A stretch of 64,000 bases of DNA from a virus (lineage: Duplodnaviria > Heunggongvirae > Uroviricota > Caudoviricetes). The notes beneath the pieces are model-generated. The model had not been told where the DNA came from. It ran no database searches and worked only from the letters and a program-made list of their open reading frames with translations. Made by a program: the position numbers and the translations under genes. This document shows positions 41,511 through 51,512 of this stretch, one piece after another. The stretch is from the IMG/VR virus record IMGVR_UViG_3300028888_000044, positions 195,539 to 259,538 of that record. One strand, given 5' to 3'. Position 1 is the first letter of the stretch. Every line of letters begins with the position of its first letter.

Positions 41511-42530
41511 ATGAAAAACAAGTCATATTACGACATTTTAGGGGTAAAAAAAACCGCCACACAAGAAGAAATACAGAACGCATACAGACAGCTTATAAAG
41601 AAGTGGCATCCAGATAAATTTGCAAATGCTACTGAAGATAAGAAAAAGGAAGCAGAAGAAATGTCTCGTCAGATAAACGAGGCTTATGAGACACTGAAAG
41701 ACCCACAAACTAGAAAGGAATATGATTCTCCACATTCACCCTTTGAAGGATTCGGTGACCCTAGTGGAGGTGGTGGCTTTGGCTTCAATCCATTCGAGGA
41801 ACTATTCAGAAAAATGAATGGTACGAATGTTGATGGAAAGAAACGTAGGGGAAGCCACGCAAAAATCACAATTACATTGGATGACATAAACGATTTGTTT
41901 AAACCTATCAAGAAGAAGATAAGGTATAACATCAAGGTAGGTGACTACAATAAATTCTGCCCAGTATGTCAAGGAAGCGGTATGGTATACAAAAGTATAG
42001 GTTCGATGACTATGGGTAACAACTGTAAGGCTTGTGATGGTACTGGTATTTTTATGAAGACCGAACAGCACGAGTGCGAGTTTACTATCAATGGCATCGA
42101 GAGCAACGCAGTCTTTGATGAAAACACCAATGAATTGATATTTGTCCACGTTGAACCTTACGAAGGAAATGTGGTTTCATCTAACAGAAACGAAAACGGC
42201 AACTTGGTTGTAACCGTCAAGGTTAAGTTACCAGAAGGTTTCGCAATGGAGTCTTCTCTTGATGTGGCACAAGTGGTTGAAGTCCCATTACTTACAGCAG
42301 TATTAGGTGGTGAATTATCTATTCCTTTGGTAAATGGAAAGAATGCAATATTCAAGATTAAAGAAGGTACTGAAGACGGTAGCAAAATAAGGTTTGGCGG
42401 CAAGGGTCTTCCTTCAAGGGGTCACGTTGGCGATATGTACGCTTACATTAAGATACGAATGCCTAACAAGCTGACCGATGAAGAGAGAGCAATTCTTGAA
42501 CAGCTTAAAGACCACGAAAATTTCAAGTAA
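41511..42530 (+). CDS. dnaJ: DnaJ/Hsp40 co-chaperone
   Basis: J-domain with HPD, G/F region, two CxxCxGxG, C-terminal domain. Confidence 0.92.
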   Translation: MKNKSYYDILGVKKTATQEEIQNAYRQLIKKWHPDKFANATEDKKKEAEEMSRQINEAYETLKDPQTRKEYDSPHSPFEGFGDPSGGGGFGFNPFEELFRKMNGTNVDGKKRRGSHAKITITLDDINDLFKPIKKKIRYNIKVGDYNKFCPVCQGSGMVYKSIGSMTMGNNCKACDGTGIFMKTEQHECEFTINGIESNAVFDENTNELIFVHVEPYEGNVVSSNRNENGNLVVTVKVKLPEGFAMESSLDVAQVVEVPLLTAVLGGELSIPLVNGKNAIFKIKEGTEDGSKIRFGGKGLPSRGHVGDMYAYIKIRMPNKLTDEERAILEQLKDHENFK

Positions 42531-42532
42531 CA

Positions 42533-43126
42533 GTGGTAAATATAATAAGTGAAGAGGACTTAATAGAACACGTAAACGAATATGATGTAATATTGGTAGG
42601 AGCAAACATATATGGGCATATGAATGGTGGTTTCCAATTCGATGTCAAGCGTAGGTATCCATACGTTCATCTGAAGAACATATCAGAACCATATGGAGAT
42701 ACTAGTAGGCTTGGTACGATAGTTGAGGCAAAAGAGGATGGCCAGCCAACATTTTGTCTGTGCTATATTATAGAACAGATGAATACACGACCAGACTTGG
42801 AAGAAACAACCATTTCATATGAGCATATTGAAAAATGTCTGAAACTTGTAAAGGCAATGTATAGTAACAAAAGGATTGCCTCACCAATACTTGGAACAAG
42901 CAAGTTTGACGGTCTTGGTGATAAAGAAATTGTGATAGGCATTTTCAAGTCAGTGTTTGAAGACGAGGATGTTACATTGTATGATTATGTACAAGAAAGC
43001 ATATACAGCAAATGGCGCAAGGCTTACTTGAAAGGAGCTGAAATAAAGAAAAATCAAGGGGTTGATGCGTGGCACGAATATTTAAGACAAAGCAAAAATA
43101 ATTTAACAAAACAAAACACAAAGTGA
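42533..43126 (+). CDS. macro domain-like protein
   Basis: GANIYGHMNGG, LGT, IASPILG..GLG pattern. Confidence 0.6.
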   Translation: MVNIISEEDLIEHVNEYDVILVGANIYGHMNGGFQFDVKRRYPYVHLKNISEPYGDTSRLGTIVEAKEDGQPTFCLCYIIEQMNTRPDLEETTISYEHIEKCLKLVKAMYSNKRIASPILGTSKFDGLGDKEIVIGIFKSVFEDEDVTLYDYVQESIYSKWRKAYLKGAEIKKNQGVDAWHEYLRQSKNNLTKQNTK

Positions 43127-43491
43127 AAGTAACACTACATTTGAGCGAAGAGCACTTGAAACTGATTCCATTTATCAGAATCAAGGATGAGAATGACGAG
43201 AATTTGGAGATTGACAAAGTTAGAATGCTGACAATGCAGTCAACACTTACTGAAGATGTATCGCTTATTTTGGGTTGGAGAGGAATGGCTATTCCACATA
43301 CGGAGAACGATGAAAACGGAAGAGCTTTTCCAGAAGAAATCGAAAAAAAGATGATGGACATCTATAACTATGTCAGAGAAAATCTTTACTACATAGAGAC
43401 ACTTATTCATCAATTTGTTGTTAACGGTGGTCTCACTGTAGGAACATATACTTGTGATTCAAATGAACTTGTTTGGGAAAAAGTGGATTAA
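43123..43491 (+). CDS. hypothetical protein
   Basis: GTGA overlap. Confidence 0.65.
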   Translation: MKVTLHLSEEHLKLIPFIRIKDENDENLEIDKVRMLTMQSTLTEDVSLILGWRGMAIPHTENDENGRAFPEEIEKKMMDIYNYVRENLYYIETLIHQFVVNGGLTVGTYTCDSNELVWEKVD

Positions 43492-43502
43492 TTTCAAATC
43501 GA

Positions 43503-44018
43503 ATGAAGCAGCAAAACCTCAATTATCTCGTTAATGACGAGATTAAGTATTCTGATGACAAGGAAGTCAGAATTGTCGGCAATGACATCAAGAGCGTTGT
43601 AGTAACAATGAAAGAGGCTGTCGAGCTATCCAACGAAAAGGAGCTTGACCTAATCGAAATCAACAAGACATCCAATCCTCCAGTATTGATGCTTGCGAGG
43701 TATGACAAGTTCTTGTATGATATGAAGAAGAATGTCAAGAAGAACAAGCAGCCAAACAATGTTGTCAAAGAGATTGACATTAGGGTCAATATTGCACCAA
43801 ACGATTTGGAAACCAAGGTGCGTCAGTCCAAGGAATTCATCAAGCAAGGAAACAAGGTAAAGCTTGTTCTTACAATGAGGGGACGAGAGCTTTCAAGACG
43901 CGAGTACAGCAAAGAAGTTGTAAACCGTTTCATTGAGAAGATGGAAGAAGTAGCTGTGGTTGAAGGCAATGTCAAGGATGAAGGAAACAGAACTTTGGTA
44001 GTATTTAAAAAGAAATAA
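43503..44018 (+). CDS. infC: translation initiation factor IF-3 (possible ATT start at 43491)
   Basis: NDEI..EVR, LDLIEI...PPV, VKEI...NI..NDLETK, G.KVKL, RGRE. Confidence 0.9.
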   Translation: MKQQNLNYLVNDEIKYSDDKEVRIVGNDIKSVVVTMKEAVELSNEKELDLIEINKTSNPPVLMLARYDKFLYDMKKNVKKNKQPNNVVKEIDIRVNIAPNDLETKVRQSKEFIKQGNKVKLVLTMRGRELSRREYSKEVVNRFIEKMEEVAVVEGNVKDEGNRTLVVFKKK

Positions 44019-44021
44019 TAA

Positions 44022-44918
44022 ATGACTTTGAATCTTAAAAATCAAAATGTAGGTTTCGTTGAAAGAACCGAAGTTGTTAAACAGTACTTTAAGAGTATCA
44101 GCAAGTACAAGATTCTGACACAAGAAGAGGAATTGGAACTGTTCAGAATCATCAAGGAAGGTTCTAATCAAGAGGAAATTAACGAAGCAAAGCACAAGCT
44201 GATTGTATGCAACCAATTGCTTGTTTGTTCGGTTGCAAGGAAACTTACTACAAGTGACCAATTCCTTGATTGCGTGAGCGAAGGTTCGTTGGCTTTGCTG
44301 ACTGCAATTGACAAGTTCGACCCAAACAAGGGTGTACGATTTTCAACCTATGCAACACCTTACATATATCGTGACATTTCACAATATTTGAGGGATATGG
44401 ACCCATCTATCAAGAAGACAAATGTATCAAAGACATACCATTATATCCCACAAGCGGTTAACAAGTTCATTCAGACAAATGAAAGGGAGCCAACCGATGA
44501 GGAACTGATGGAGATTCTAAACACTGAATACAATCAGAATATCAAAGACCCTCAAGACGTTAGGGAAATGACAATGTTTTCAATAGATGAAGACTTCAAC
44601 AATGACAGCGAAGATGAAATAACACCAGCAATGTATGCATTTAATGATTACAGTGCTGTAGGCAATGATTACGAATCTGAAGCAGAAAAAGAATACAACA
44701 AGGAATTCTTGTCAACACTTCTTACCGTTCTCACTCCACGTGAACAGACAATCATCAAGAAGTCGTTCGGTATTGGTGAAAGCAGAGAGTACGAGGCTCA
44801 AGAAATAGCCGATGAAATTGGTCTTACTCCAGAAAGAGTTCGACAATTGAAGAACAGCGCAATGAAACGTCTGCAAGAGGAATTCAAGAATAGGATGAAG
44901 AAAGCACCTTTGGTGTGA
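44022..44918 (+). CDS. sigma-70 family (RpoD/RpoS-like) sigma factor
   Basis: LTQEEE, KFDPNKGVRFSTYA, REPTDEE, EIADEIGLTPERVRQ. Confidence 0.92.
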   Translation: MTLNLKNQNVGFVERTEVVKQYFKSISKYKILTQEEELELFRIIKEGSNQEEINEAKHKLIVCNQLLVCSVARKLTTSDQFLDCVSEGSLALLTAIDKFDPNKGVRFSTYATPYIYRDISQYLRDMDPSIKKTNVSKTYHYIPQAVNKFIQTNEREPTDEELMEILNTEYNQNIKDPQDVREMTMFSIDEDFNNDSEDEITPAMYAFNDYSAVGNDYESEAEKEYNKEFLSTLLTVLTPREQTIIKKSFGIGESREYEAQEIADEIGLTPERVRQLKNSAMKRLQEEFKNRMKKAPLV

Positions 44919-44924
44919 TATACA

Positions 44925-44960
44925 AAAAAAAACAGTATTAGAAATAATACTGTTTTTTTA
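44925..44960. terminator. bidirectional terminator
   Basis: AAAAAACAGTATTA-GAAA-TAATACTGTTTTTT. Confidence 0.85.
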
Positions 44961-45332
44961 TGCTTTTTTCATATGCTGTGCTATATCACCAGCCTCATCT
45001 TGCTTCAAATGGTAGTGTCCACCTCCAGGTGCTTCTTCTCCATTTATTTCTTTACGCAATTGGCTTGCATAAGAATTTACCTTATTAACTTGTGCACTAT
45101 TATCAGTTTTTGTACTAGCACCTATTAATTTAGCAGCCATACTTCTTATATCAAGGAATCCTTCATCATTCATCTTTTTAAGATATGCTGCAAATTGGTC
45201 TGTTCCTTTGGTATCAGCATCATCTTCATTTGATTTATACCTTGATTTATTATTATCTTTTTCATTCAATTTTACTGAATGAGTATATCTACGAATCTCT
45301 TCAGATATGATTTTATCAATTTTTTTCATCAT
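44958..45332 (-). CDS. hypothetical protein with IISEEI...LNE leader
   Basis: ATG at 45332/45329; TATTTAT on the - strand at 45349-45355. Confidence 0.7.
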   Translation of the reverse strand: MMKKIDKIISEEIRRYTHSVKLNEKDNNKSRYKSNEDDADTKGTDQFAAYLKKMNDEGFLDIRSMAAKLIGASTKTDNSAQVNKVNSYASQLRKEINGEEAPGGGHYHLKQDEAGDIAQHMKKA

Positions 45333-45356
45333 ATTAACATATTTTAATATAAATAG

Positions 45357-45388
45357 TTTGGATATTACAAAAATTGTGTATATATTTG
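45357..45388 (+). promoter_or_regulatory. Bacteroidota-type promoter
   Basis: TTTG-N20-TATATTTG. Confidence 0.75.
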
Positions 45389-45417
45389 CAGTATAAAACG
45401 TGATAAAAATATAGACT

Positions 45418-47052
45418 ATGGGAACAACAAATAAATATCTTCGCGCAGTAAAGACTCGTGATACACGCACAGAGAATGGTGCTTTGAGCAACTCTACTAC
45501 TGGTTCTGAACTCGTTGACCAATTTGGTCTAGCGGGTAACTACAGAGGTCGTTCCTTTGAAGAGGTTTCAAAGGATATGTGTGCTATTTGGGATGAGAAT
45601 CCACTTATGGCACTTAGGTTTCCATTCTATCTGCGTATGATTACTAGAAAGGTGGAAATCAACAAGAATTTCGTTAGCGACAAGGTTCAGATGGGTCAAG
45701 GCGCTCGTGACGAGGCTTTCAAACGTCTTCTTTGGATTGCAAGGGAGCATAAGAATGACTTCTACGAGAATATTTGGTTGTTGCCATGTATTGGTCGTTG
45801 GAAGGACATTTGGGACTTGATGTACTATGACCGCAAGTTGGGACTTCACGCTATTGACAATGGTGTTATGTATACTCTTTTGTCGCAAGCATTGGGAATG
45901 GAAGAGCATTCACAGCTTGTCAAGAAGTATATGCCACGTATCCGTAGCAATCAGAAGTGTACCACCGAGTATGCCGAGATTAGCAACGGTTTGGCAAAGG
46001 GCTTTGCGTTGTTCTTGGGTTGCAAGAACTACAGAGCTTACAACAAGTTGAAGGCATCTATTGATGGATGGCAGCAGCAGATGTGTGCTAGGAGGTATGA
46101 CGAGATTAATTTCTCTACTATTCCAGGTAAGGCATTGGCAAACCTTGTAACTTCCAAGTTCCTCAAGAATCACAATCTTGTTGGAAAGTATATGGAGTGG
46201 CTTGACAAACAGCCAGTTGCAAAGTTCAATGGATATGTATTTGAACTTTTGAAAAAGTGGTTAGATAACTGTTACCGTAAAGATTCGGATGTTATCCGCA
46301 AGACCATAAACAAGCAGTTTAAGCAGCTTGTGAAGACTGCAAAGGAAGATTCGACCATTAAGGAGAATGTTCTTGTTGCATTGGACACTAGTGGTTCTAT
46401 GACTGCACCAGTAATCGATGGTGTGAGCGCACTTATGATGGCTGAATCGTTGGGTGTGTACTTTGCATCATTGAACGAAGGCGCTTTCCATAACGAAGTG
46501 ATGATGTTTAACAACACATCTACACCACTTACGTTGCACGGTGAATTCTGTGATATGGTTCATCAATTGCCACTTAATGCAATGGGTGGAACCAACTTTA
46601 TGTCAATCTGCCACGCGATGGTTAAGATTAGGGAAGAGCATCCAGAAATTCCATTGACTGATTATCCAACAACAATCCTCGTTGTCAGCGATATGCAGTT
46701 CAACCCAGCACCAAGGGAATACGATTGTCGACTTAGGAGGTACGTGCAAAGAGAGTATACGAACTATGAAGAGTTCAAGGCTAGACTTTACGATGCCTTC
46801 CCAAAGGAATTTGTGGACAGCATAAAATTCGTTTGGTGGCATTGTACGTCAAGATGCGTGGACTTCCCATCTACTGTTGAGGATGGTGGTTGTTACCAAT
46901 TCTCTGGTTTTGACGGTGCTATCATCAATATGCTTCTTGGAATGGAAGAGAAGGTTGATGAAAATGGTGTCAAGCAGAAGCCAACAGCCGAAGAGCTTGT
47001 TAAGCAATCTCTTAGTCAAGAGGTATTGGAGTTGGTTGTAGCTGCGGCTTAA
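45418..47052 (+). CDS. DUF2828-family Ro60/TROVE-like + vWA protein
   Basis: TENGA..STTG, R....GQG.R, GRWKD, KYMPR, MIDAS LDTSGSM, GGTNF, VSDMQF. Confidence 0.8.
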   Translation: MGTTNKYLRAVKTRDTRTENGALSNSTTGSELVDQFGLAGNYRGRSFEEVSKDMCAIWDENPLMALRFPFYLRMITRKVEINKNFVSDKVQMGQGARDEAFKRLLWIAREHKNDFYENIWLLPCIGRWKDIWDLMYYDRKLGLHAIDNGVMYTLLSQALGMEEHSQLVKKYMPRIRSNQKCTTEYAEISNGLAKGFALFLGCKNYRAYNKLKASIDGWQQQMCARRYDEINFSTIPGKALANLVTSKFLKNHNLVGKYMEWLDKQPVAKFNGYVFELLKKWLDNCYRKDSDVIRKTINKQFKQLVKTAKEDSTIKENVLVALDTSGSMTAPVIDGVSALMMAESLGVYFASLNEGAFHNEVMMFNNTSTPLTLHGEFCDMVHQLPLNAMGGTNFMSICHAMVKIREEHPEIPLTDYPTTILVVSDMQFNPAPREYDCRLRRYVQREYTNYEEFKARLYDAFPKEFVDSIKFVWWHCTSRCVDFPSTVEDGGCYQFSGFDGAIINMLLGMEEKVDENGVKQKPTAEELVKQSLSQEVLELVVAAA

Positions 47053-47056
47053 CAAC

Positions 47057-47100
47057 ATTAATGGCACGGATACAAATCAAAATGTATTTGTGCCATTAAT
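47057..47100 (+). terminator. long hairpin/terminator
   Basis: ATTAATGGCACGGATACA...TGTATTTGTGCCATTAAT followed by T-run. Confidence 0.75.
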
Positions 47101-47322
47101 TTTAACAAAATTTATGATAAATGAGTTTTGTTTTAGTAAAAATGTGTATATCTTTATAAAAAAAGATAACAATGTTCTTTAAAAAGAAAAAACATAAGAA
47201 TAAAAACCAAAAAAATAAGTGGAAGCCAAAAGATTCTAAACGTTGGTTGTATGACAAGGTAATGCAAAGTTTTACAATTAATAATAAAGATGAAGTTGTG
47301 CTTCTAAATACAGTGTACGTTG

Positions 47323-48360
47323 ATGCAAGATGATTTTGATAGAATAGTTAGTGAAGTTACTGATAGATGTAACGATATATATGATTATCACCAATATGAG
47401 AAGCAAGCTACCAAAGAAGGTACAATAGCCAAACATTACAATAGAATTGGCACAAACAGTTTCAGTTTTGTAGATGATGTTGTTGATTCAATCCCATCGG
47501 GCTTCTACAGGCCAATTTATGACAACTTTAATAACAAGTACTTCATTGAGAGAAAGAATGTTGAAAAACCAAGGATTTATCATTTACCAGTTAAAATATT
47601 TGACGAGATTCTGAATGATATTCACACATTTTGGAACAGTAAGGAGGTTTACAAGAACTTTGGTGAGGTCTATAAGTTGAACTTCTTATTGTATTCTGTT
47701 CCAGGCAATGGTAAGACTTGCTTAATCAACATTATCGCAGAAGAGCTAATGACCACTCACGATGGTATCGTTATAACAATCAATTCATTATCTGAATTGG
47801 TTGCATATCCAAAAGTCATTGAATCAATCAGACGTATTGAACCAGATAGAAAAGTTCTAACGGTAATTGAGGATTTTGATGGACTTGTTGGAACAGACAA
47901 GAGCGCTGAAACCCTTCTTTTACAGATACTTGACGGTAATGACTCTGTATCAGACGTTATTACAATTGCTACCACAAATTATATTGAGCAATTAAAACCA
48001 TCATTTACTGCAAGACCATCTAGGTTTAGAGTATATGAATACAAGCGTCCAATGACTAATGTTAGACGATTCTACATATATAATAAGCTGAAGGATTTTG
48101 GTTTGGATGTAGATAAAGAGGAACATAAGATTCTAATCGACAGACTTACTGAAAAAAGCGATGGTTATACCTTTGATTTGTTGAAGGAACTTGTGACGAT
48201 GATATTCGTTCTAGGATATACAGAGGATGATGCTGTTCAAAAGATGAATGAAGTAAAGGAAAGCAATGGTAAATTGAACAATACAGAGGATACACCTAAA
48301 AAGATTGGTTTCGTTGGCGGTGATACATCTGATGCTGAAATTCCCAAATTAAATTTTTAA
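47323..48360 (+). CDS. AAA+ ATPase
   Basis: PGNGKT, VIEDFD, LLQILDG, ATTN, RPSRF. Confidence 0.88.
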   Translation: MQDDFDRIVSEVTDRCNDIYDYHQYEKQATKEGTIAKHYNRIGTNSFSFVDDVVDSIPSGFYRPIYDNFNNKYFIERKNVEKPRIYHLPVKIFDEILNDIHTFWNSKEVYKNFGEVYKLNFLLYSVPGNGKTCLINIIAEELMTTHDGIVITINSLSELVAYPKVIESIRRIEPDRKVLTVIEDFDGLVGTDKSAETLLLQILDGNDSVSDVITIATTNYIEQLKPSFTARPSRFRVYEYKRPMTNVRRFYIYNKLKDFGLDVDKEEHKILIDRLTEKSDGYTFDLLKELVTMIFVLGYTEDDAVQKMNEVKESNGKLNNTEDTPKKIGFVGGDTSDAEIPKLNF

Positions 48361-48476
48361 AATTATGCTAACGTTTGGCGATGCTTTTATATTAGGTGTT
48401 ATTTGCGGATTCCTTTTTTGCCTAGTATATTTCAATTTTTTTAACGATAATAACTTTAAATAAAAACAAAAAAATT

Positions 48477-48647
48477 ATGTATTTGATTTTTGCTATTGTA
48501 TGCGCATTTGTGTGCTATCAGATTGCCAAGAAGAACTTGGAATGGAATGAGTGGATTGGCGCAGCCGTTGGATTCTTTGGAGGCATTATCGGTGTTTTAA
48601 TCTACGTTGGTGCTGTTGTTTACAAGGACTATATTAAGAAGCAGTAA
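48477..48647 (+). CDS. small membrane protein (56 aa, MYLIFAIVCAF...)
   Basis: Read by eye; two hydrophobic segments. Confidence 0.65.
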   Translation: MYLIFAIVCAFVCYQIAKKNLEWNEWIGAAVGFFGGIIGVLIYVGAVVYKDYIKKQ

Positions 48648-48649
48648 CA

Positions 48650-49950
48650 ATGAATCTATTAGAAGAACTCAAGTGGAGGGGTCTTGTAGCTGAAGACTCT
48701 AGTGTGAGTGGTAATCTCAATCAGTTGTTGAACAAGGAAAAGACCACATTTTATGTTGGAACAGACCCAACTGGTCCTTCTCTCCATATCGGTCATTTGC
48801 TTGCTTTCATTGTGGCACGTCTCTTGCAGAACCACGGACACAAGCCAATTGTATTGGTTGGTGGTGCAACAGCTTCATTGGGAGACCCATCGTTCAAGGC
48901 AGAAGAACGCAAGCTTCTGTCTATGGAAACCATTTTCGAGAATGCCGACCGTATCAAGAAGCAGTTGTCACATCTGATTGACTTCAATTCAACAGAGGAC
49001 AATGCAGCCGTTATGGTAAACAACTACGATTGGATGAAGGATATGACATTCCTTGACTTTATCCGCGACATCGGCAAACTCTTGACAGTCAACTATATGA
49101 CTGCAAAGGAGTCTGTAAAGAGACGTTTGGAGAGACCAGATTGTGGTTTGTCATTTACCGAATTCAGCTATCAGTTGCTTCAAGGTTATGATTTTCTTGT
49201 CTTGAACAAGAAGTATAACTGTAAGCTTCAGATTGGCGGTAGCGACCAATTCGGCAATTCAATGACTGGTGTGGAACTTATCCGCAAGAGTGGTGGCAAT
49301 GCTGAAGAGTGCGGAGTAATGACGTGGCCTCTTGTTACACGAGCTGACGGTACTAAGTTTGGTAAATCTGAGGTGGTAAGAATATTTGGCTTGACCGAGA
49401 AATGACTTCACCATATGAGTTTTATCAGTTCTGGTTGAATCAGTCGGATGATGATGCTGAAAAGTTCATTAAGATGTTCACTCTTCTCGATGTTAAGAGG
49501 ATTGAATCGCTCATTATCGAGCATCACGAAGCACCACATTTGAGAATCTTGCAGAAGACACTTGCCTATGAAGTGACCAAGATGGTTCATTCAGTAGAAG
49601 ATGCTGAATTTGCTGTTAATGCTTCTAATGCATTGTTTGACAAGAACACTACAATTGACACCTTCAAGGGCTTCAATAGGGAAATGCTTCTTGATATTTT
49701 CAAGGGTGTTCCACAATACAACATTCGCAAGTCTGTTGTTGATTCCAAACCGACTTTCGTTGACTTTGCCAATGAAATTACATTTGCAAATAGCAAGGGT
49801 GAGGCGCGAAGGGAAATCAAGAACGGAGCCTACAGTATGAATCTTCGAAAGGTGGCGATTGATGATATGGTCTCTTCAGATGACTTGATTAATGACGAGT
49901 TCATTATTCTCAAGAAGGGAAAGCGTTATTCACTTGTAACAGTGCATTAA
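48650..49950 (+). pseudogene. tyrS: tyrosyl-tRNA synthetase split by a 1-nt deletion at 49372-49373 (or sequencing error)
   Basis: GTDPT..HIGH, QIGGSDQ, KFGKSE; the other frame continues GKNIWLDREMTSPYEFYQFW to the S4 domain. Confidence 0.85.
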
Positions 49951-49970
49951 CAAAATTTAACGTCATTTAT

Positions 49971-50001
49971 TTTGTAAGTGACGTTATTTTTTGTAACTTT
50001 G
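49971..50001 (+). promoter_or_regulatory. Bacteroidota-type promoter overlapping a terminator hairpin
   Basis: TTTG-N19-TAACTTTG. Confidence 0.75.
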
Positions 50002-50026
50002 CACCATTAAACAAAATAATAATTAT

Positions 50027-51358
50027 ATGTTAGTATTAAAAGGAAAATATTGTAAGGATTGTATAGTCTTTACTGACAACATTGAGGACGAGGCAATTAA
50101 GACAATTCAGTCCATCTTGGATTGCAAGGCTTTTGATGGTGCAAAGATACGAATTATGCCAGATGTACATCAAGGCAAGGGTATCGTCATTGGGTTCACT
50201 TCTCCAATTGGCGACTACATTTGTCCATCTCACGTAGGGGTGGATATTGGGTGTATGATTGACACGTACATCACTGATGCTGACGTGAACGAGGATGAAT
50301 TTGCTGTTATCGAACATCGAATCAGAAAGGAGATTCCTTTTGGCTTCGATATTTACGACCAAACGCAGATTGACTACAAGCACTTCTATCGTTTTATGAA
50401 CAACGGTCTGAATCGTCTGCGCTCATTGTGGCCAGAAATGATTGACTCTTGCGCATATTGTGACGAAGAGGGTATTACTGACATCTGCCAACGTATTGGT
50501 ATGGATGAGGGCAAGTTCTACAAGTCACTTGGTACGGTGGGCGGTGGGAACCATTTCATTGAAATTGGTGCAACACCAGAAGGTAAGTATGCCTTTACCA
50601 TCCACTGCGGTTCAAGAAACTTCGGTGCTAAGGTATGCCAATATTGGGAGAAAATGGCTATGAAAGGACTGTCCAAAAAGGAAATCAAGGAAATGACTTC
50701 TGAATTCAAGGAAACTTGGCGTGTGTGCGGTCAACCGATGAAAGACTTCAAAGAGGCGCTCAATGTTTATCTTGAAGGACAGAAATCCAAATGCATTAAT
50801 GGTTATTTGAGCGGTGAAAATATGGTTGGATACATTACCGACATGGCAATCGCCCAATTGTATTCGGAATATAACCACTATGTGATTTCCCAAAAGATTG
50901 CGAATATCTTGAACAAACTCAATAAGGCAAAGGTTGTTTCGAGGATTGCTTCTATTCACAACTACATTGACTATCAAGACCACATTATACGAAAAGGTTC
51001 CATTAGGTCTTATGATGGTGAATTGATGGTAATCCCATTCAATATGAGGGATGGTTTGGCAATCTGTATGGGCAAGTCAAATGCAGATTACAACTTTTCT
51101 GCGCCACACGGCTGCGGTAGGTTGATGTCACGTTCAAAGGCTGTATCAACGTTGTCTGTAAACGAATTCGTTGACCAAATGAAGGGTATCTACAGTACGT
51201 CTGTAGGCAAGAACACTATTGATGAGGCTCCTAATGCATACAAGAGCAAGGATGAGATTCTTGAGCTTATCAAGCCTACTTGTGATGTCTTGTATATCAT
51301 CAAACCAGTAATTAACCTTAAAGACAGTTCAAGTTATGCAGAAAGACTTCGAGATTAG
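50027..51358 (+). CDS. rtcB: RtcB RNA ligase (GTP-dependent, 3'-P/2',3'-cP to 5'-OH)
   Basis: MPDVH, GVDIGC, GGGNHFIE, HCGSR, HNY, RKG, SAPHGCGR, DEAP.AYK. Confidence 0.95.
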   Translation: MLVLKGKYCKDCIVFTDNIEDEAIKTIQSILDCKAFDGAKIRIMPDVHQGKGIVIGFTSPIGDYICPSHVGVDIGCMIDTYITDADVNEDEFAVIEHRIRKEIPFGFDIYDQTQIDYKHFYRFMNNGLNRLRSLWPEMIDSCAYCDEEGITDICQRIGMDEGKFYKSLGTVGGGNHFIEIGATPEGKYAFTIHCGSRNFGAKVCQYWEKMAMKGLSKKEIKEMTSEFKETWRVCGQPMKDFKEALNVYLEGQKSKCINGYLSGENMVGYITDMAIAQLYSEYNHYVISQKIANILNKLNKAKVVSRIASIHNYIDYQDHIIRKGSIRSYDGELMVIPFNMRDGLAICMGKSNADYNFSAPHGCGRLMSRSKAVSTLSVNEFVDQMKGIYSTSVGKNTIDEAPNAYKSKDEILELIKPTCDVLYIIKPVINLKDSSSYAERLRD

Positions 51359-51500
51359 CAAGGAACAGATTAAGACAATAGTCGAGCTGTTCATATCTTG
51401 GAATGGGGAAACAGACCCAATTGATATTAATAATTTGGATAGTGCTGTTGACTTCATTTCGGAATGTCTACAAAATGAAAATGGGGTGTCATGCAACTGA
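51336..51500 (+). CDS. small hypothetical protein (54 aa, MQKDFEISKE...)
   Basis: Read by eye; overlaps the end of rtcB. Confidence 0.45.
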   Translation: MQKDFEISKEQIKTIVELFISWNGETDPIDINNLDSAVDFISECLQNENGVSCN

Positions 51501-51512
51501 CATCCCATTCTT

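Noticed and set aside
45333-45491. N-terminal extension of the 177-aa minus-strand ORF
   Set aside because: Overlaps the DUF2828 gene and promoter region; ATG at 45332/45329 fits the TATTTAT motif better.
31986-49950. Bacterial chromosome origin suggested by dnaK, dnaJ, clpP, infC, tyrS
   Set aside because: Usual operon partners (grpE, clpX, rpmI-rplT) are absent and the genes are interleaved with phage-type primase, ligase and orphans.
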